DNA from: Tubiluchus corallicola
Taxonomy: Eukaryota > Animalia > Priapulida
Assembly: GCA_030141605.1 (NCBI GenBank)
Contig: JAQGDQ010000139.1
Coordinates: forward strand, 186,001 to 250,000
Reading direction: 5' to 3'
DNA: 64,000 nt
In this document: in pieces, positions 1-57,628 of the stretch
Layout: each line of letters opens with the position of its first letter
Position numbering within the stretch: position 1 is the first letter of the stretch
Notes under the pieces: model-generated
Database searches by the model: none
The model's input: only the letters and a program-made list of their open reading frames with translations
What the model was told of the DNA's origin: nothing
Made by a program: the position numbers and the translations under genes

Positions 1-537
1 AACTAGTGTTTTTGCCATTTAAATAACTAAACTTGCATTGTAGCCATGTGATTCAATATTTGATTTTTTGTGATTTTAACTGTGGATTTTTAACATTTTG
101 TACTACAATTTACCTTTCTAATATACATTTGTATGTATTTAAATATGTCTATAGGCTGGAAAATGGTTTAGTAAACTTGGTAGACAATAATTGCTAAATT
201 GAACATCTGGGTGATTCCATCTGCAAAGTCTTTTGCTTATGACCTATGCCATGACTTATTGACAATGTGACACTTGTCAGAAATATCATCAACTAATTAT
301 ATGATAATTATTTTTTATGGACATGTTATATAGGACAGTTAATAATCTCTGCAAATAGTTTAAGCTCTGTAGAGGAATTTACTGAACTAGCAGGTTATGA
401 ATTTTTCCTAGACAAGCTGCATGCCAGAAAAGGTTTATCTACTTTTCACCCTAAAGTTTGTTTTTAGATATTCTGTTGTTCATAATTCATTGTTTAAATT
501 TTCATGTATGCATAATTTTGCACATGTTGCATTTTAG

Positions 538-44938
<44,401 letters not shown>

Positions 44939-47900
44939 GAATAATATTTCTAACTGACTTGGAATAAGCGCAGTTTTATATTCCGCAATTAAAGCAACTA
45001 GCATTTAAAGAGAAATCTTTGTTGCTTGTTTGATGGAACAAAATTAGTTTCTGATCTCCAGGTCTAAGCCAGAATACCTGTAAAAGAGTATAAATGACTT
45101 GTGAAAAAAATAGTTATCACCAATTACTCAGCTTCTTGATTCAGTCACTTGGTTAAAATAAGTAGTTTGCTTTGCTTACTACCGGTACCAGTTTTTCAAT
45201 TTAACTTGATTTCGTGAGTAGAAGGCTCAAAGTCTTACTCCCCTATCCTTCCCACAGTAATCGCAGCATTTATTAATAAGATTATGTAATGGACAAAAAG
45301 TTGTTAAGTAGCAACTGTTATCTAGTTTCCATTTATATACATTTTCTTATTTGCAATTGACTGTTGGGAAAATAAAGCATCTAATCTAATCATGAAAGCA
45401 CGGTGCAATGTAGTCAATAATAATGATAATAATAGTAGCCTGCTGTAAGAACCCAAAGAGCTTGTAATAACCTGAACCACGATCGTGAATAATGGACCTG
45501 CTATTTAATTCTTCAAATGTCTGGCTCCACACTGTCAAGAAACTATTTTGTTGGAATTACATGTATAATGAATCTTGATATTCTAATAGATCGTATTTCA
45601 CTACTGAACAATAAAATATTTATGCCTGATTATGTCTTTTGCATTAGTTAGACTGCTGTATTGTCGATACCAGGCAATTAATATTTCTGACATTTGTGGT
45701 TGGTGCTTAATCTGTGAATCACATAATTTCGACTGACTTGAGTCTGCGTGTGTGACTAACGTGTTCAAACCTGTACGATGTGTTCGTACTCATCTGTGAA
45801 TATTTTCTCAGGCTGCTGTGTAAAATTGTTTAATACTAGTTGCTGGGTTTTATAAATAAAAAACATTAATTAAGTGATGTACAATTCTTTTTACTTTACT
45901 GACTTTCTAACAATGCACAAAGCATGTGCTGATGTTTTAGTCAACTATGCCATTGTAGATAAACAAAATAATGCTACTAGCTGCTTGGAATTTAATAATA
46001 ATGTACTCTCCATACGAATTATCTAAAATTACTTGAACCCAGGGCAACAAAATTGGGACCACTGTGTGAGCACGTACAGTAAGTGACTGTAAATTACACG
46101 ACTCTATGTACAGTAATTTTCAAGTTATTAGAGGCTATAGCAGAAATGAGCAAATATCCAATGATCACTGTTAGAAGCCAGCATCATGTAAAGGCCTTCT
46201 TAAGAAATTATTTATCACGATCTAACCCGCTTCTCAATCATGTGCAGTCAATCATAAGTTTTACCTATTCAGTTGTACAAAAACAGATCCACTGATATGC
46301 GTGTGCGTGCACATGTGTGTGTGTGTGCATGTGTTTACCTCAGCTGTTGTACTGCCAGAGCTGAAAATTTGCACATTGGAGTTTTTGTCGAAGGTGTTTC
46401 ATTTGATACAGTCAAGAAGACAGATAAACCTGGCCCTCAAGTATACCCAGAAATCACGAATAGATCTGTATGTATGAGTCATACACACACGGTGTTCAAA
46501 CAAGTAATGAGTTCCTCTAAAATGAAACTATACACATGTTAGTGAACAAGTCTGTGGTTTGGGAGAGTAATGCACGGCCTTTTCTAAACCAGTTTTATTT
46601 GAAACTTACTCCAAAATGAACATGCATACAGATTCCAATGAACGGGTAGGACTGTATAATGCGTGTTTATTTCTTATTATCTAGACAGAAGGTAAAATAG
46701 CAATGCTCTTCAAGTTGCACTATCTTGGCAAGATGAAAAGACTGCAAAATTCTGCAAAGAGCAAAAATCAATAACATCAAACCTCAATAACATTAATACG
46801 GGCAATAAAATTATTGTTCCTGACTCTAACTTATGATCAATTTTAAAATGCAATGGTAAGCTTCATTGTAAACAATTTCTGTGGACGTTCAACAGGATGG
46901 ATGGGAAGTAACGCAATTTTTGATTGTGTCCACAACAGCAACAGTGGACTATTTGGACCCCATTCTTGGAACGACCCAAAATTATATTAGCGAGCTGGTT
47001 ACCTGCTAGAAATGTTAACATACAGCATGGAAAAATACTTCATTTGACCAATAAACTTGAACAAAGGAATTCAGTTTACATCTATGAGTTTCTCTCAAGC
47101 AACTTGATCAGTGATCACCATCAAAAAAATTATTATCACTCTCATTCTCACAATAAGAAAATTTTTAAACAACTCTCAAAATTCTGTCTCTTTTGGTATA
47201 CTTAAGATTTTAGAAAAATGTAACATCCATAAAATGGGTCTTCTTGCCTATTTTTGCTTCTCCGTCTAATGCCATGACCTGAGGCATTAAAGTTCTGATG
47301 GCTTTAATAAGTAAAAACGTGGCTATCTTATAGGGCCTTAGAATAACTGCAGACAGTCCCCACCTTCGCCAGTAACAGGGAAACAGCAAATTCCAACAGC
47401 TAAAATGCAGTTCATTTTAAATGAACTCGACAAGAAAATACTAGGTATATAGTAAAAGGTCTCGCCATCGTCGAGATGATCTCTTCGACCAAGACGCACT
47501 ACCTAACCCTCATTCGTCATCATCATCTCCTTACATTCTGCACTGTTAACGCAAATACAACCAACAAAATTGGCGCTTATAGTTCGTAAGCATCAAGAGA
47601 TACTGTATATATATATATGATATATCCATATATATCAGATAGCCTTCTGCAGCTGTACAGGAGTAGCGTTTAGCGATTGGGAATACCCATACGAGTAACT
47701 TATGATTGGTTAATTTTGTTCGCACCTTTTACATTTGCCTTTACGTCTGTTGGCGACAGTGTTGCCATTTACTCGATGATTATCGGAACATTTTACTGCT
47801 AATCAGAGGGAAGCAAATAAACTCATTTCATAGTAGTTCGAAGCGTGTTAATCACAATTCCCTGAAAAAAGCAGACTTTCAAAAAAAGAGTGCTCATCAT

Positions 47901-48285
47901 GGCGACGATAATGCTTGGTTCTGCACAGTAATAATAATGTAGTAATTAGTGACAATGATATTTCACTTTGTTTTAACAAATTTAATTTTACACTTGTTAA
48001 TGACCTCTTTCGTGATATAGCTACTGTTACTATAATTATACAAGAGTTTGCTGCAATTTTTGTTTTTTTGGCGAAAATATGATAATTTGGCGGAAAATAC
48101 GATAATTTTTAGTCCCCAAAACAATAATAGGCATCCTGTGATACGGCAACCCTGTGTTTCCAATTTGATATACACACTAGCTACAGGGACTGGTGATGTT
48201 GAGAGCAACGTAGGACACTAGCCGAAGTAAGACAATTGGCGTACATAGGCTAGAACAAGTAAGACGTGTGGCACATGGGCTGCCC

Positions 48286-48826
48286 AAGTAGAACACTAGA
48301 GACAGGTCACGAATTGAGTCGCGTTAGCCGCAATGGCAGCATCCGTTGTCTTTGTTTATTTAATAATAATAATTGAAAACGTCAATACACGTTGAATAAT
48401 TTATTAGACATCTGAAAAAATAAAAGAATCTTATTCTGTGCTAGTAGAACGGCAAATATTAAATTTGGCTTCGATATTAATCTTTTTAAAGTGAAATAAG
48501 CTCGCTTTTTAGGCGATTTCAAAATTTTTTATTTGCCTCGCTTCACAGACAGGTGATCCGTTTCACTACCTCTTGGACAAATAATTGTTTTCTACTAAGT
48601 AAACGGGCTAGCGAGCTATGTGCCCTACACAGTTTCTTCTCTTTGAAGAACTAGATTATGATATTAATGGAGCTAATAATACTGAAGATATTATTGTAAA
48701 AATACATTTGTAAATTGCCAAGGGCTATCCAGCATTATTATAAGGTTACTTTTCTCTGAAACAAATTTTTATGTTTTATTATGTCATAAATCTCGATTTC
48801 TGACAGAAATCGCCAGTGCCCTACTT
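48286..48826. mobile_element. Non-autonomous element inserted in the left MULE TIR
   Basis: Termini aagtagaacactag / ccagtgccctactt, flanked by 9-bp near-duplication gggctgccc / ggcctgccc; absent from the opposite TIR. Confidence 0.6.
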
Positions 48827-50459
48827 GGCCTGCCCGCGAAATTTTTTTTTGCAACTGAGTTCCGGACAGATTATTTCCCTCATTAGCATTAACCAATCAG
48901 ATTCCTCAAACAGCCATGACTACACACATGTAAACAATATCAGGCATTCGTCAACCACGTGCACATGTTTACATAACATCGGGCACTCACTCAGTGCACT
49001 GTTGCCTGTTAATTGAACAGGGTAGGCCATGCTGTCAGCCCTTGCACGCGGTTGGAAAAGAAGGCTAGAAAATGTAGATTTATTTGGAACTAATAGAAAC
49101 TAGCCCTTGGGTAATTTTGGGTTGCTCTTTTTCAGGATATACTGCACCAAACCGCAGTTCATTGCCTTTCGCAACGTTCCATGGTCCAATAAGACTAAGA
49201 GGCCACAGTATACTGTTAGTGTCAGTCTGTGGGCATACATCAGGGAAATAATACGGTCAGATTCGCCTGATTAGACTATGGCATTAACCCTTAAATGCAG
49301 TACTGCTGTAAAGTCCCTCAGGAGAGATCGCGACTCTCAAGATGGCATTTAGAAAGTCACAATCTCCCCTATGGGACTACAGTAAGTGTTCAAACGATTT
49401 TCATGAATTTTTCCAAAGTTCTTTCCGAAATCACTCAAATTTCTCTCGACAGTGGAAGGGTGCACGAGGACCTTTTGGGGAGAGGGGTCGAGTGGACCTA
49501 AATGATGACTTTGAGCCCTTGGGATTGCCCTCATGCCAAGTTGCAAGTTCTGTCAGCCATGTTTTTTCCCCTCAGTCCCACTTAGGCCAACTAATTTCAA
49601 ATCCATCTTAATTTAGGTTCTTAACCCTTAGTCATAGGGTTTTCAAAAAGGGTGCTCCAAAATTGGTAGCAGGTTTTGGTGGGCACAAGCATATATACCA
49701 AAAGGCAATCTAAGTCTTCATTTCAGAACCTTTCGGCCCTCTGTAGGAAAATTTCGACACCTTATATTCTTGAGGACAGTTCATAAAAGAAAAAACATTC
49801 TTTCTTTCACCATGTTCACATTGAACTATTCTTCATTTATTTTCAACAATCATAACTTGTAACATGACGGAATTTTGGTCTAAGGACTTCAAACAAAATA
49901 TGTAAATTGTTTGAACTCTATGGAGATCGTTACCTGATTAATTGTTAATAGGCAGTCTAGTGATTACTGGACATAACCTCAATGTCCAATCACCAAAGGT
50001 AAATTAACGCAAAACAGTAAATAATTACTATACAGAAATCAACACTTTTGTAGGTTTATTGAAATTAAAGCATCATGAAATCTAAAGGATGTAAATGACA
50101 GTGAAATTTGCTGTATGATAGCAAAATAAAGCTTTAACACTGACAAAACGGTTTTCTAATCAGAATTACAATTTATAAGCAATATACAGGGTGTGCACAA
50201 AGTAAAGCCCCATTCCCAAGGTAATGAAGGGATAGTAAGAAGGCGGGTTAGTGGGAGGCGCCATAGACTGTATTTCACCAGCAGGTCTGTGTCTTTTTGC
50301 TAGCAAGTCCCAAGCTTCACATCAAGAAGTTAATGATCGACGTGTGGCAAACAGTTAATGTTCCTCCAGATTTATTCACTGCTTTTTATTAACATGGCTG
50401 CTTTTAACATCCAAACGTAAGCAGCTCTCTACCTGAACTAACTTCGCATTGTAACAGCG

Positions 50460-52026
50460 AAGGTCCGCTGTGATTGTTGCCTTACTTTCAGAGGTTGTAA
50501 TCAGTACTCCTAATGATGCTCCCCCTGCTACGCTATGTGTAAGTATTAGGAACCCACGGCATCCTTGCCTGTCCATATTTCCGGATGAATCTATGAACAT
50601 AATTTCAGCAGCAGATTTGATGGAGTCATGTACACGCTTCATAAGCAGCGTAACAATGGCAATGGCAGCTTGGTTTTTTTGTGTAGTAGTCATGTCCAAA
50701 CATCTTTCGCTAAATCTTCCGCTTAATTCAGCGAGTTTGTTTTCAAGCTGCGAGAAAACCATTCCCCCACTTGGTTCACCATATTCCTTCTTGAAAGTAG
50801 CATAGTACAATCTAAAAAAGCAGAAAACACAAAAGGTCAGAGCCTGAAGTAGTGTCAGAAACACGACAAAAGGACTTCTGCTAGTTGCAGCTTAGAAAAC
50901 ATGAGTGCCTAAGGCGACATTTTTTTGATACATTCATTACTGAGCAAGCTGCAATCGTGTCCAATTCCTACTTTCAGTTGAAAAATGTCTGTTGTCAAAA
51001 TAAGAACTGGTAGCGGAGTGAAGTCACGAGGTACACCACATTTTTTGATTCAGCTCTAGGACCTCCAGAGAAGTCTTTTGACCACGTACCAAATATTCAT
51101 TATAATCAGTTCAGCTTTAATGAGGTTTTTACGTATTACTTTCAGCAGGGTGTTTATCAATAGGATACTTTAAGAGTCTTATCTCAGGAATCCTGAGATG
51201 AGGTCATCCTGTTTCCAGGGTCTGACGAGTGAGTCCCGTCAATATATTTTGCCCACTCGGCGACTCTGGGGACGAGGCTGTGGCATACCAGTGGAATGTA
51301 GTGTTCCCAATGTAAAACATTACTTACCTATAGCAATACTGTACATCAGGACATATGGCTCGGTCTCCACTTTTGACCACGTACTCTTCTGGATCCTCCA
51401 TTTGAAGGTCAAAAATGTGCAACTCAAGTGCCTTCGATGGGGTGTAGCCATTCTCAAACAATTGCAAGATCTTTTGTTTGGTTGGTTCTGCAACATCTCG
51501 GTGCTTGAGTACAGCAGATGCTATGATAGGATGCTTATGCCGGAACTTGATCTTGACTGTCATTGGATAATTGGGTAGATGTGGGTCTTCGGATCTGAAA
51601 TTCATAAAGAACATAATACAATGTAATTCCAAATACAATCTGTGCTAGACTTGTTGAACTACAAAAAGAGGAGTAAAATATTCTTTCTATGCATACAACA
51701 TCATTCCTTAAAAGTTGTTGGGAAAATTAGAATGGCACATTCACTTCAACAAACATTTCAAAATAGGCAAACATTAAGAAAAGATGAGCATTCCATTTTA
51801 AAGGACACACCTCGCTTTATTTTCTTCAGTAAATACATATACTTTGCCTAGCTGCAGAGGAAACCTGAATTACTTACCGGCATTTCCTTTTATGCCCATC
51901 GGTGTTGAAGAAACTTGTATTCTTGACTTTAATATGCAACCCAGCTGGGCAATTAGTATTCTTCTTTCCAGCATGTGGCCCTTGCCATTTGGTCTTTCTG
52001 GTCCTGTGATGGCATAAGTAATCAAC
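50460..52026 (-). pseudogene. Spliced MULE-type transposase (WRKY/GCM-like Zn region plus start of the DDE domain), 3'-truncated
   Basis: In-phase exons: 52026-51878 (VDYLCHH..KNTNCPAGLHIKVK), 51594-51328 (..FRHKHP..FENGYTPSKAL..DRAICPDVQYCYR), 50811-~50460 (LYYATFKKEYG..MKRVH..EIMFIDSSGNMDRQGCRGFLILTHSVAGGASLGVLITTSES). Homology ends after the first catalytic Asp region. Confidence 0.75.
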
Positions 52027-52794
52027 CTGGCATGTGAATGTTTAAGACATATGTAAATGATGCATCCCTTTAACTTTTCAACAACACTTGCTGCCTATTC
52101 TTCAGAAAAGGTACATCTTGACAATGGTTAAGGCCAGACAAAGAAAATACAAGTTTAGCATCAGCGCCTGCATCAGATTTAGGCTGCAGAAGTTGTAGAC
52201 GGGAAAATGCAGGATAAGCAGTATGGTGTGGGTATATGGGGGCACATGACATTACACTACAGGGTTAGGGCCACTTTTTTCATGCAATCCACTAAATTCA
52301 AATAAAATCACAGATGGGCGAGTGACAACTTTTACTTATACGTATTTACACAGATACAAAAAATGGCACACCCTGTATATTTTTAATAACACAAATGTAC
52401 GTCTACGTTTCCTACATACGATAAGGTATACATGCAATTACAGGCAGGCGAAAAGCGCACACAGGAGAAAAGTAGTAGACACCAACCTTTTATCGCTGTA
52501 CGAAAAAAAATCGGTTTTGAGGTGCACAGAAGTTCTTTGTAAACAAACTTTATGTATGATTTTCGAGAGACGAGGCCCAATGAGTGATCCATAGACTTAC
52601 ACCACCACCACATTTAGCCATTAGTTAGCAATGTAATCTTACCGCAAATGAAGAAATTTCAGAGTATTTGTCAGGTTCCTTCAGACAGAGCTCACACACG
52701 TGGATCGCCATCTTGCTCTGAAGCACCACTGAACAAGATAGACGCTGATTGGTTAATGCAAATGAGGGAAATAATCTGTCCGGAACTCAGTTGC

Positions 52795-55314
52795 GATGCG
52801 ATTGCGATACTCGACTCTCTCCACCTATCAGAGGCGGGCACCTTTATAGGGTTCAAAGTCTATTCTTCTTTAACGCTGATCTTTTATTTGTCTTTTCCAA
52901 GTTTAATGTCTTTATTTGCCTTTATCCTGTATTCCATACATTTGTTCACTAGATTTCTAATTTCTAGCAATCCTTCCTTTTCACTGTTCATTAATACATC
53001 TGAGTTCAAAATTTTTTTCCATTCTCCATATCTGTAACATCTAAGCATATGTTCAGTAGTGTCATCATCTTCCTCACACACTGGGCATAATAACTGATCC
53101 TTAAACTCATTCTTGTAGTTCCCTTTAACTTTAATCATATTCAGTCTTATTTTCAATATATCTTTAACCTCTTCTGGCTTGCATGTGTCTATGTAATTTT
53201 GTCGTTTCCACTCGGTATGCCTTAAAAATCTTAATTTAGTGCTGCTCCTGCATTTTCCTGCACATTCACTCTTTATACAACATTCAATCTTATTCTTTAT
53301 TTCTTTCTTCCATTCAGACTTTTTCATGACCTTCACCCTTTCTTTATTAGCATCTATGGTATATTTTTTTGCAGCCTCAACTACTTCATTATACCATGAC
53401 CTTTTATGTACACTGTTTATTTGCATTTCGAGTACCTCTGATACTAATCTCTTTGGTTTACTAATCAGTAAATTCCGATAGAACATCAATCTCCTATAAT
53501 TTACTTTATGTTTTAGAGGCCATATGCCTATTTCAGTTACTAATCCCCAGTATGACGTTGATTCACTAAGATTAAATAATGTTTTTAAAGCATTTGCTTG
53601 AATCATTTCTAATTTCTCCCAATTAGTTGCTGTCAAATTTGACCAGAACTATTTAACACTGAGCACTGCACTCACTGAAAGAAGCTCGTACAGCATTAGT
53701 TTTACCCCTATTGAGCAATCTCCCACTTTCAGCTTACCTCCTATTGTATTGATGTAACTAATTATCATTTTATTTTTCCCGGTTCGTTTTTCCAACAATG
53801 TTTCATAACTACATTTTGTATTAATCCAATCTCCCAAATATTGGTATTCCTCTACTTCCTTAACCTCTCCGTTCCTTAGTGACTCACATAATTCTGGAAT
53901 CCTTTTCTTTCGTGTCATGTTAGTTCTCATATATTGTGTTTTCTGTATATTGAATGATAATCTTTTGGTTCTTTCAATTTCTTGACAGTTTTTAATCATC
54001 TGCTTGATTATAGTTTCTTGTCCTATTCCGACAATATCGTCAATGAATAATAACATACCCACATGTATATTCCTGCCCATTACAGTCCCTGTTGTCACCA
54101 TCTCATTAATCTGGTTTATTGCAGCACAACATAGTAATGGTCTCAGCACTGTTCCCTGTCGGACTATTTCATTTATTTCTATCTGGTCTGTTTTACCCAA
54201 TGGTGTTTCTATAACTATTTCTGCAATTTCATTCAGTTTATATATCATAAAAATTTCTCCTGGTGATATGCCCATCCTCACTAATTCTGTCAATGCATCT
54301 TTCAACCACAACTTATCAAAACACTTTCCTATGTCACAAAAAATTATGTACACTTCATTTTTATAAAACCTGTTATACTCTAACATTGCCTTCAATGTGT
54401 ACAGATTGTCATAGACCCCTCTGTTTTTTCTTCTGCCACATTGATGAACTCCTATGTTTTCTTCAAATTTAACTATTATTCTATTTTTGTATTATCTATT
54501 CTATTATTCTCTATTCTATTACTGAAAATATTTGTTATGAACAGCTCTCGTCTACCTTTCATCTCTTTCTTGTCATCTTTTCCCTTATAAATTGACTTTA
54601 TTTTCATTTGGGCCCATTGTTTCGGTATTTTCTTTTGCTTCATTATTTCATTCAGCATTGCTACTATACTATCGATAAATCCTTTCCCTGCTTGTTAGAT
54701 CATTTCATTCTTCCATTCTTGCATGTCTGGAGCCTTATTATTTTTTAATGATCGATCTGCTTCATTCACTTCACTGTTAGTAATTACTTTTACTTCCTCC
54801 TCACTTGCCATTTGTTCAACATGTTTGAAAATTTATTCAACCCTTGATTCTATCATTTGCTCATATTCATCCTCTGTCGGAGTAGGAGTTAACAATTCTT
54901 CATAATATTTTTTAAAAATCAACTTAATTTTTCCTGGATCCTCTTGGATCTCACCTTGTTTATCTCTCATTGCTACAGCTTCTTCTATTTTAGGTTTATC
55001 GATGCACTTTTTGAATTCCCAAAACAACTGCTGGTTAAGTTTTCCATTTACTGTAATTGTCTTAACAGTTTTATTTATTCTATTTATTTGTTCCTTCCTT
55101 TGCACATCCCTCATCATGTTTTCCATTAGTTCAATTTTTATTTTTATCATTCTTTTTCTTTCAGAGTCTTCTTCATCGCTCATTTCACGTTTTAACTTAC
55201 GTCTTTCTTTATTTAGCTTCCTTGACATTTTACTTCCATATTTTTGTTTCCTTTTTCCTTTTACTGAACGGCACCTGTCTCTTACTGCTGCAACTTGATT
55301 ATCCAACATCATAT
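52795..55314 (-). mobile_element. 5'-truncated non-LTR retrotransposon (RTE/RTEX-like), frameshifted ORF2
   Basis: RT motifs FCDIGKCFDKLW, VRQGTVLRPLL and LLFIDD; C-terminal CPVCEEDDDTTEHMLRC zinc knuckle; ORF split into 4 pieces; 3' tail of tandem TCGCA(A); no endonuclease domain present. Confidence 0.88.
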
Positions 55315-56133
55315 TTGCAAAAAAAAAATTCGCGTTCGCGGGCTGCCCATGTACGACGCAGCTTTTCGGCAAATTTAGCACATGCGCCTTAGGGGAAATG
55401 TCTTACTTCGGCTAGTGGCGTACTGCGCGCCCTGCAGGTCAATCATGAGTCACTGTGAATGTTAACACAATGTTAACTTTTTATGCTGGTAATAATAATA
55501 TGGTGAGAGCTCAGTAAACGAAGTAACCAGATGATTTACAAACCATTTGCTCACTTTAAGGCCCAGTGGTGTGCTGTCGTGATACATTTTTCGAGTTTAA
55601 TTATGATCACCAATTTCCACTAGAGAATGAGAAACAGGTATTTTGCTTTTTAATAGCTACAGTATAAACTAGCCATGCGCTAAATCTTCACAAATTATCT
55701 TTTTATCTAGATTGTGCAGCTAGTTAAACTGAACGAGGGTCAATGTCTATAAATTATTATTACTGAGTTGACGACAGAGGGCTAGCACCATCGGGATCAA
55801 AGTCCGCTGTCTTGTTTAAATTATTAGCTATGATGTTACGAAAACTAAATAAATTTTTGAAACGCCATACCATTAATAATAAAATCAGTGAGCTGACTGA
55901 AGCAGAACCAGTAATTATTTAATAAGTGTATATATATATATTATCTGGAAGTCAGGTGTTGGTGAGTCAAGATGATTGTTTTTAACAAAATGTGAAGAAT
56001 TTAATTAGGTAATTTATTTCCTCCAAAAGTAAAAGAAATACTGTAAAATTGTAGTGGTAGCTTTGTCAAACTAGCCCCTGACTATCTAGTGTAGATCTTC
56101 TAATGTTGAAAACATTCGGGAGACAGTCACAGG

Positions 56134-56869
56134 GGCGCTATTACACTTTCGCACCGCCTAGCTTTTTCTAGGTTATTACTTGTTTTTAGGCTCGTATGTC
56201 ATCATTCTATTATTCTTACGTCATCAGTGAATGTTTCCGCTAATCTAATGTAATTTAATCATATATTTAGGTATAATTATAAAATAATTACGCTGTATTC
56301 ACAGTTCTACACCTATACAGGGCGTAAGCGCCATCTTGTTTGTGTGTGTAGTCATGTGACGAATTTCGTACTAGTTTATGCATTATCAGGGCCTAGCTTA
56401 AAAGCACGTGACACACTTTCATCTTCACCGCATTTACGAAATAAAGAAAAAACCTTTACTTTTTTATAATCTAATAGTAATAATACTACAGTAATAAATA
56501 AAATTTATGATAAATAACTGTAGTCGTCTAAAATAATTTCCTCGTATATGCCAGCTTGGGTCCCGTGGTTTCAACCCTAATAATCATAAATTATGCGAAG
56601 AAACTAAAAATACATGTTAAGGGCCAATCGTCACTGCACGAGAGCGATTGCGCATTAGTGGTGTAAACACAGTTATGCACGTGGAGCTTTTTGCGTAATG
56701 CCGGCGGTAAGTAATGTGTGATTTTAATCTGGAATTATAAAGCGTAAAAAGCAATAATATTATGGGAATATGGTGCATATTACACCTGTTGGTCTGCTTT
56801 CTGGCCTGCAGGCGTGAAAAGAACCAATAGGCCAGGAAAAGCTAGGCGGTGCGAAAGTGTAATAGCGCC
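56134..56869. mobile_element. Young MITE with perfect 33-bp TIRs and 8-bp TSD (Merlin- or MULE-like)
   Basis: GGCGCTATTACACTTTCGCACCGCCTAGCTTTT at both ends; gtcacagg duplicated at 56126-56133 and 56870-56877. Confidence 0.92.
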
Positions 56870-57035
56870 GTCACAGGGAGTTCAGTACCTCTAGTGGTTT
56901 TTCTGGGTAGGTGCTTGTTTACATTAGATTTGAATTTAAAAAGGTACAGTATGGTGAAATATTATCTGCTTGGTTACAGTGTATTAAAGAATTGAAAATT
57001 GTGTGAGTTGTAGTATATATGTTTTATGCCATGTT

Positions 57036-57628
57036 CAGTGGCGGCTCGCAGTTAAAATAAGTGGGGGTGCTGCTTTAGAAAATTTTTAGCCATTGTTTTA
57101 ATACTGTGTAAAACGTAACAAACATATGCAATTTTAATGTTGTAGTTATATTTAAAGCTTAGGTGTTGAACAGCCTCTTTTCTTAACTGCGAAAAATTTA
57201 TCTGTTGTAGCTCACTTACAGTCACAGAACTTATTTCTTGGGGATGTGGGGTGTCCATTATTAAATGATTTATGTTTTAAGCACATACACTAAGTTTACA
57301 CTTTATCACATCCAAGAATACGATGGTACACGGTAAGCACTTGGCAAAAGTTACTGTGTTTGAGACAGTACTTTTCTACCTAGCAGCAGACGCTAGCATA
57401 CAGGGTGTTATCTCAGACATGTGCACTGCGTAGGGCGCATGCACACAACAGCCAAACACCACATTGCTTGGGCTGTGAAGCAAATTGTACTTCCCTCACA
57501 TGCTCTGGTTCCGCAGAAGTATAAAAAAGAACTAAAGCAAAGTACATATTATATTGAATATTATCGATAATAATGAGTGAAAACAGGGGTGCTGCAGTAC
57601 CAGAGTACCTATACACGAGTCGCCACTG
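57036..57628. mobile_element. hAT-family MITE
   Basis: TIR CAGTGGCGGCTCG / CGAGTCGCCACTG; 8-bp TSD gccatgtt / gctatgtt. Confidence 0.85.

Larger units (their letters stand above)
48201..55432 (-). mobile_element. Mutator-like (MULE) DNA transposon with long, interrupted TIRs
   Basis: cactagccgaagtaagaca (48216-48234) is inverted at 55399-55417. 48851-48900 is inverted at 52745-52794 (1 mismatch). cgcgaa+T-run+gcaa is mirrored at 55315-55334. An internal MULE-type transposase is present. No outer TSD recognised. Confidence 0.75.

Noticed and set aside
47803-47901. Minus-strand C-box (ATGATGA) to D-box (CTGA) spacing like a C/D snoRNA
   Set aside because: No terminal stem, an internal T8 run, and no recognisable guide sequence.
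49284-49640. Two TTAA-CCCTT piggyBac-like left ends
   Set aside because: No matching AGGG-TTAA right end or transposase nearby, so no element can be delimited.
50185-52378. tatacagggtgtgc ... gcacaccctgtata flanking the MULE transposase, suggesting capture by a Tc1/mariner element
   Set aside because: Identity stops after 10 bp of TIR. CAGGGTGT is a common terminus here (also at 35919 and about 57402), so two independent ends are more likely.
52648-55298. Plus-strand hydrophobic ORFs over the LINE
   Set aside because: Antisense shadows of the A-rich LINE ORF2.
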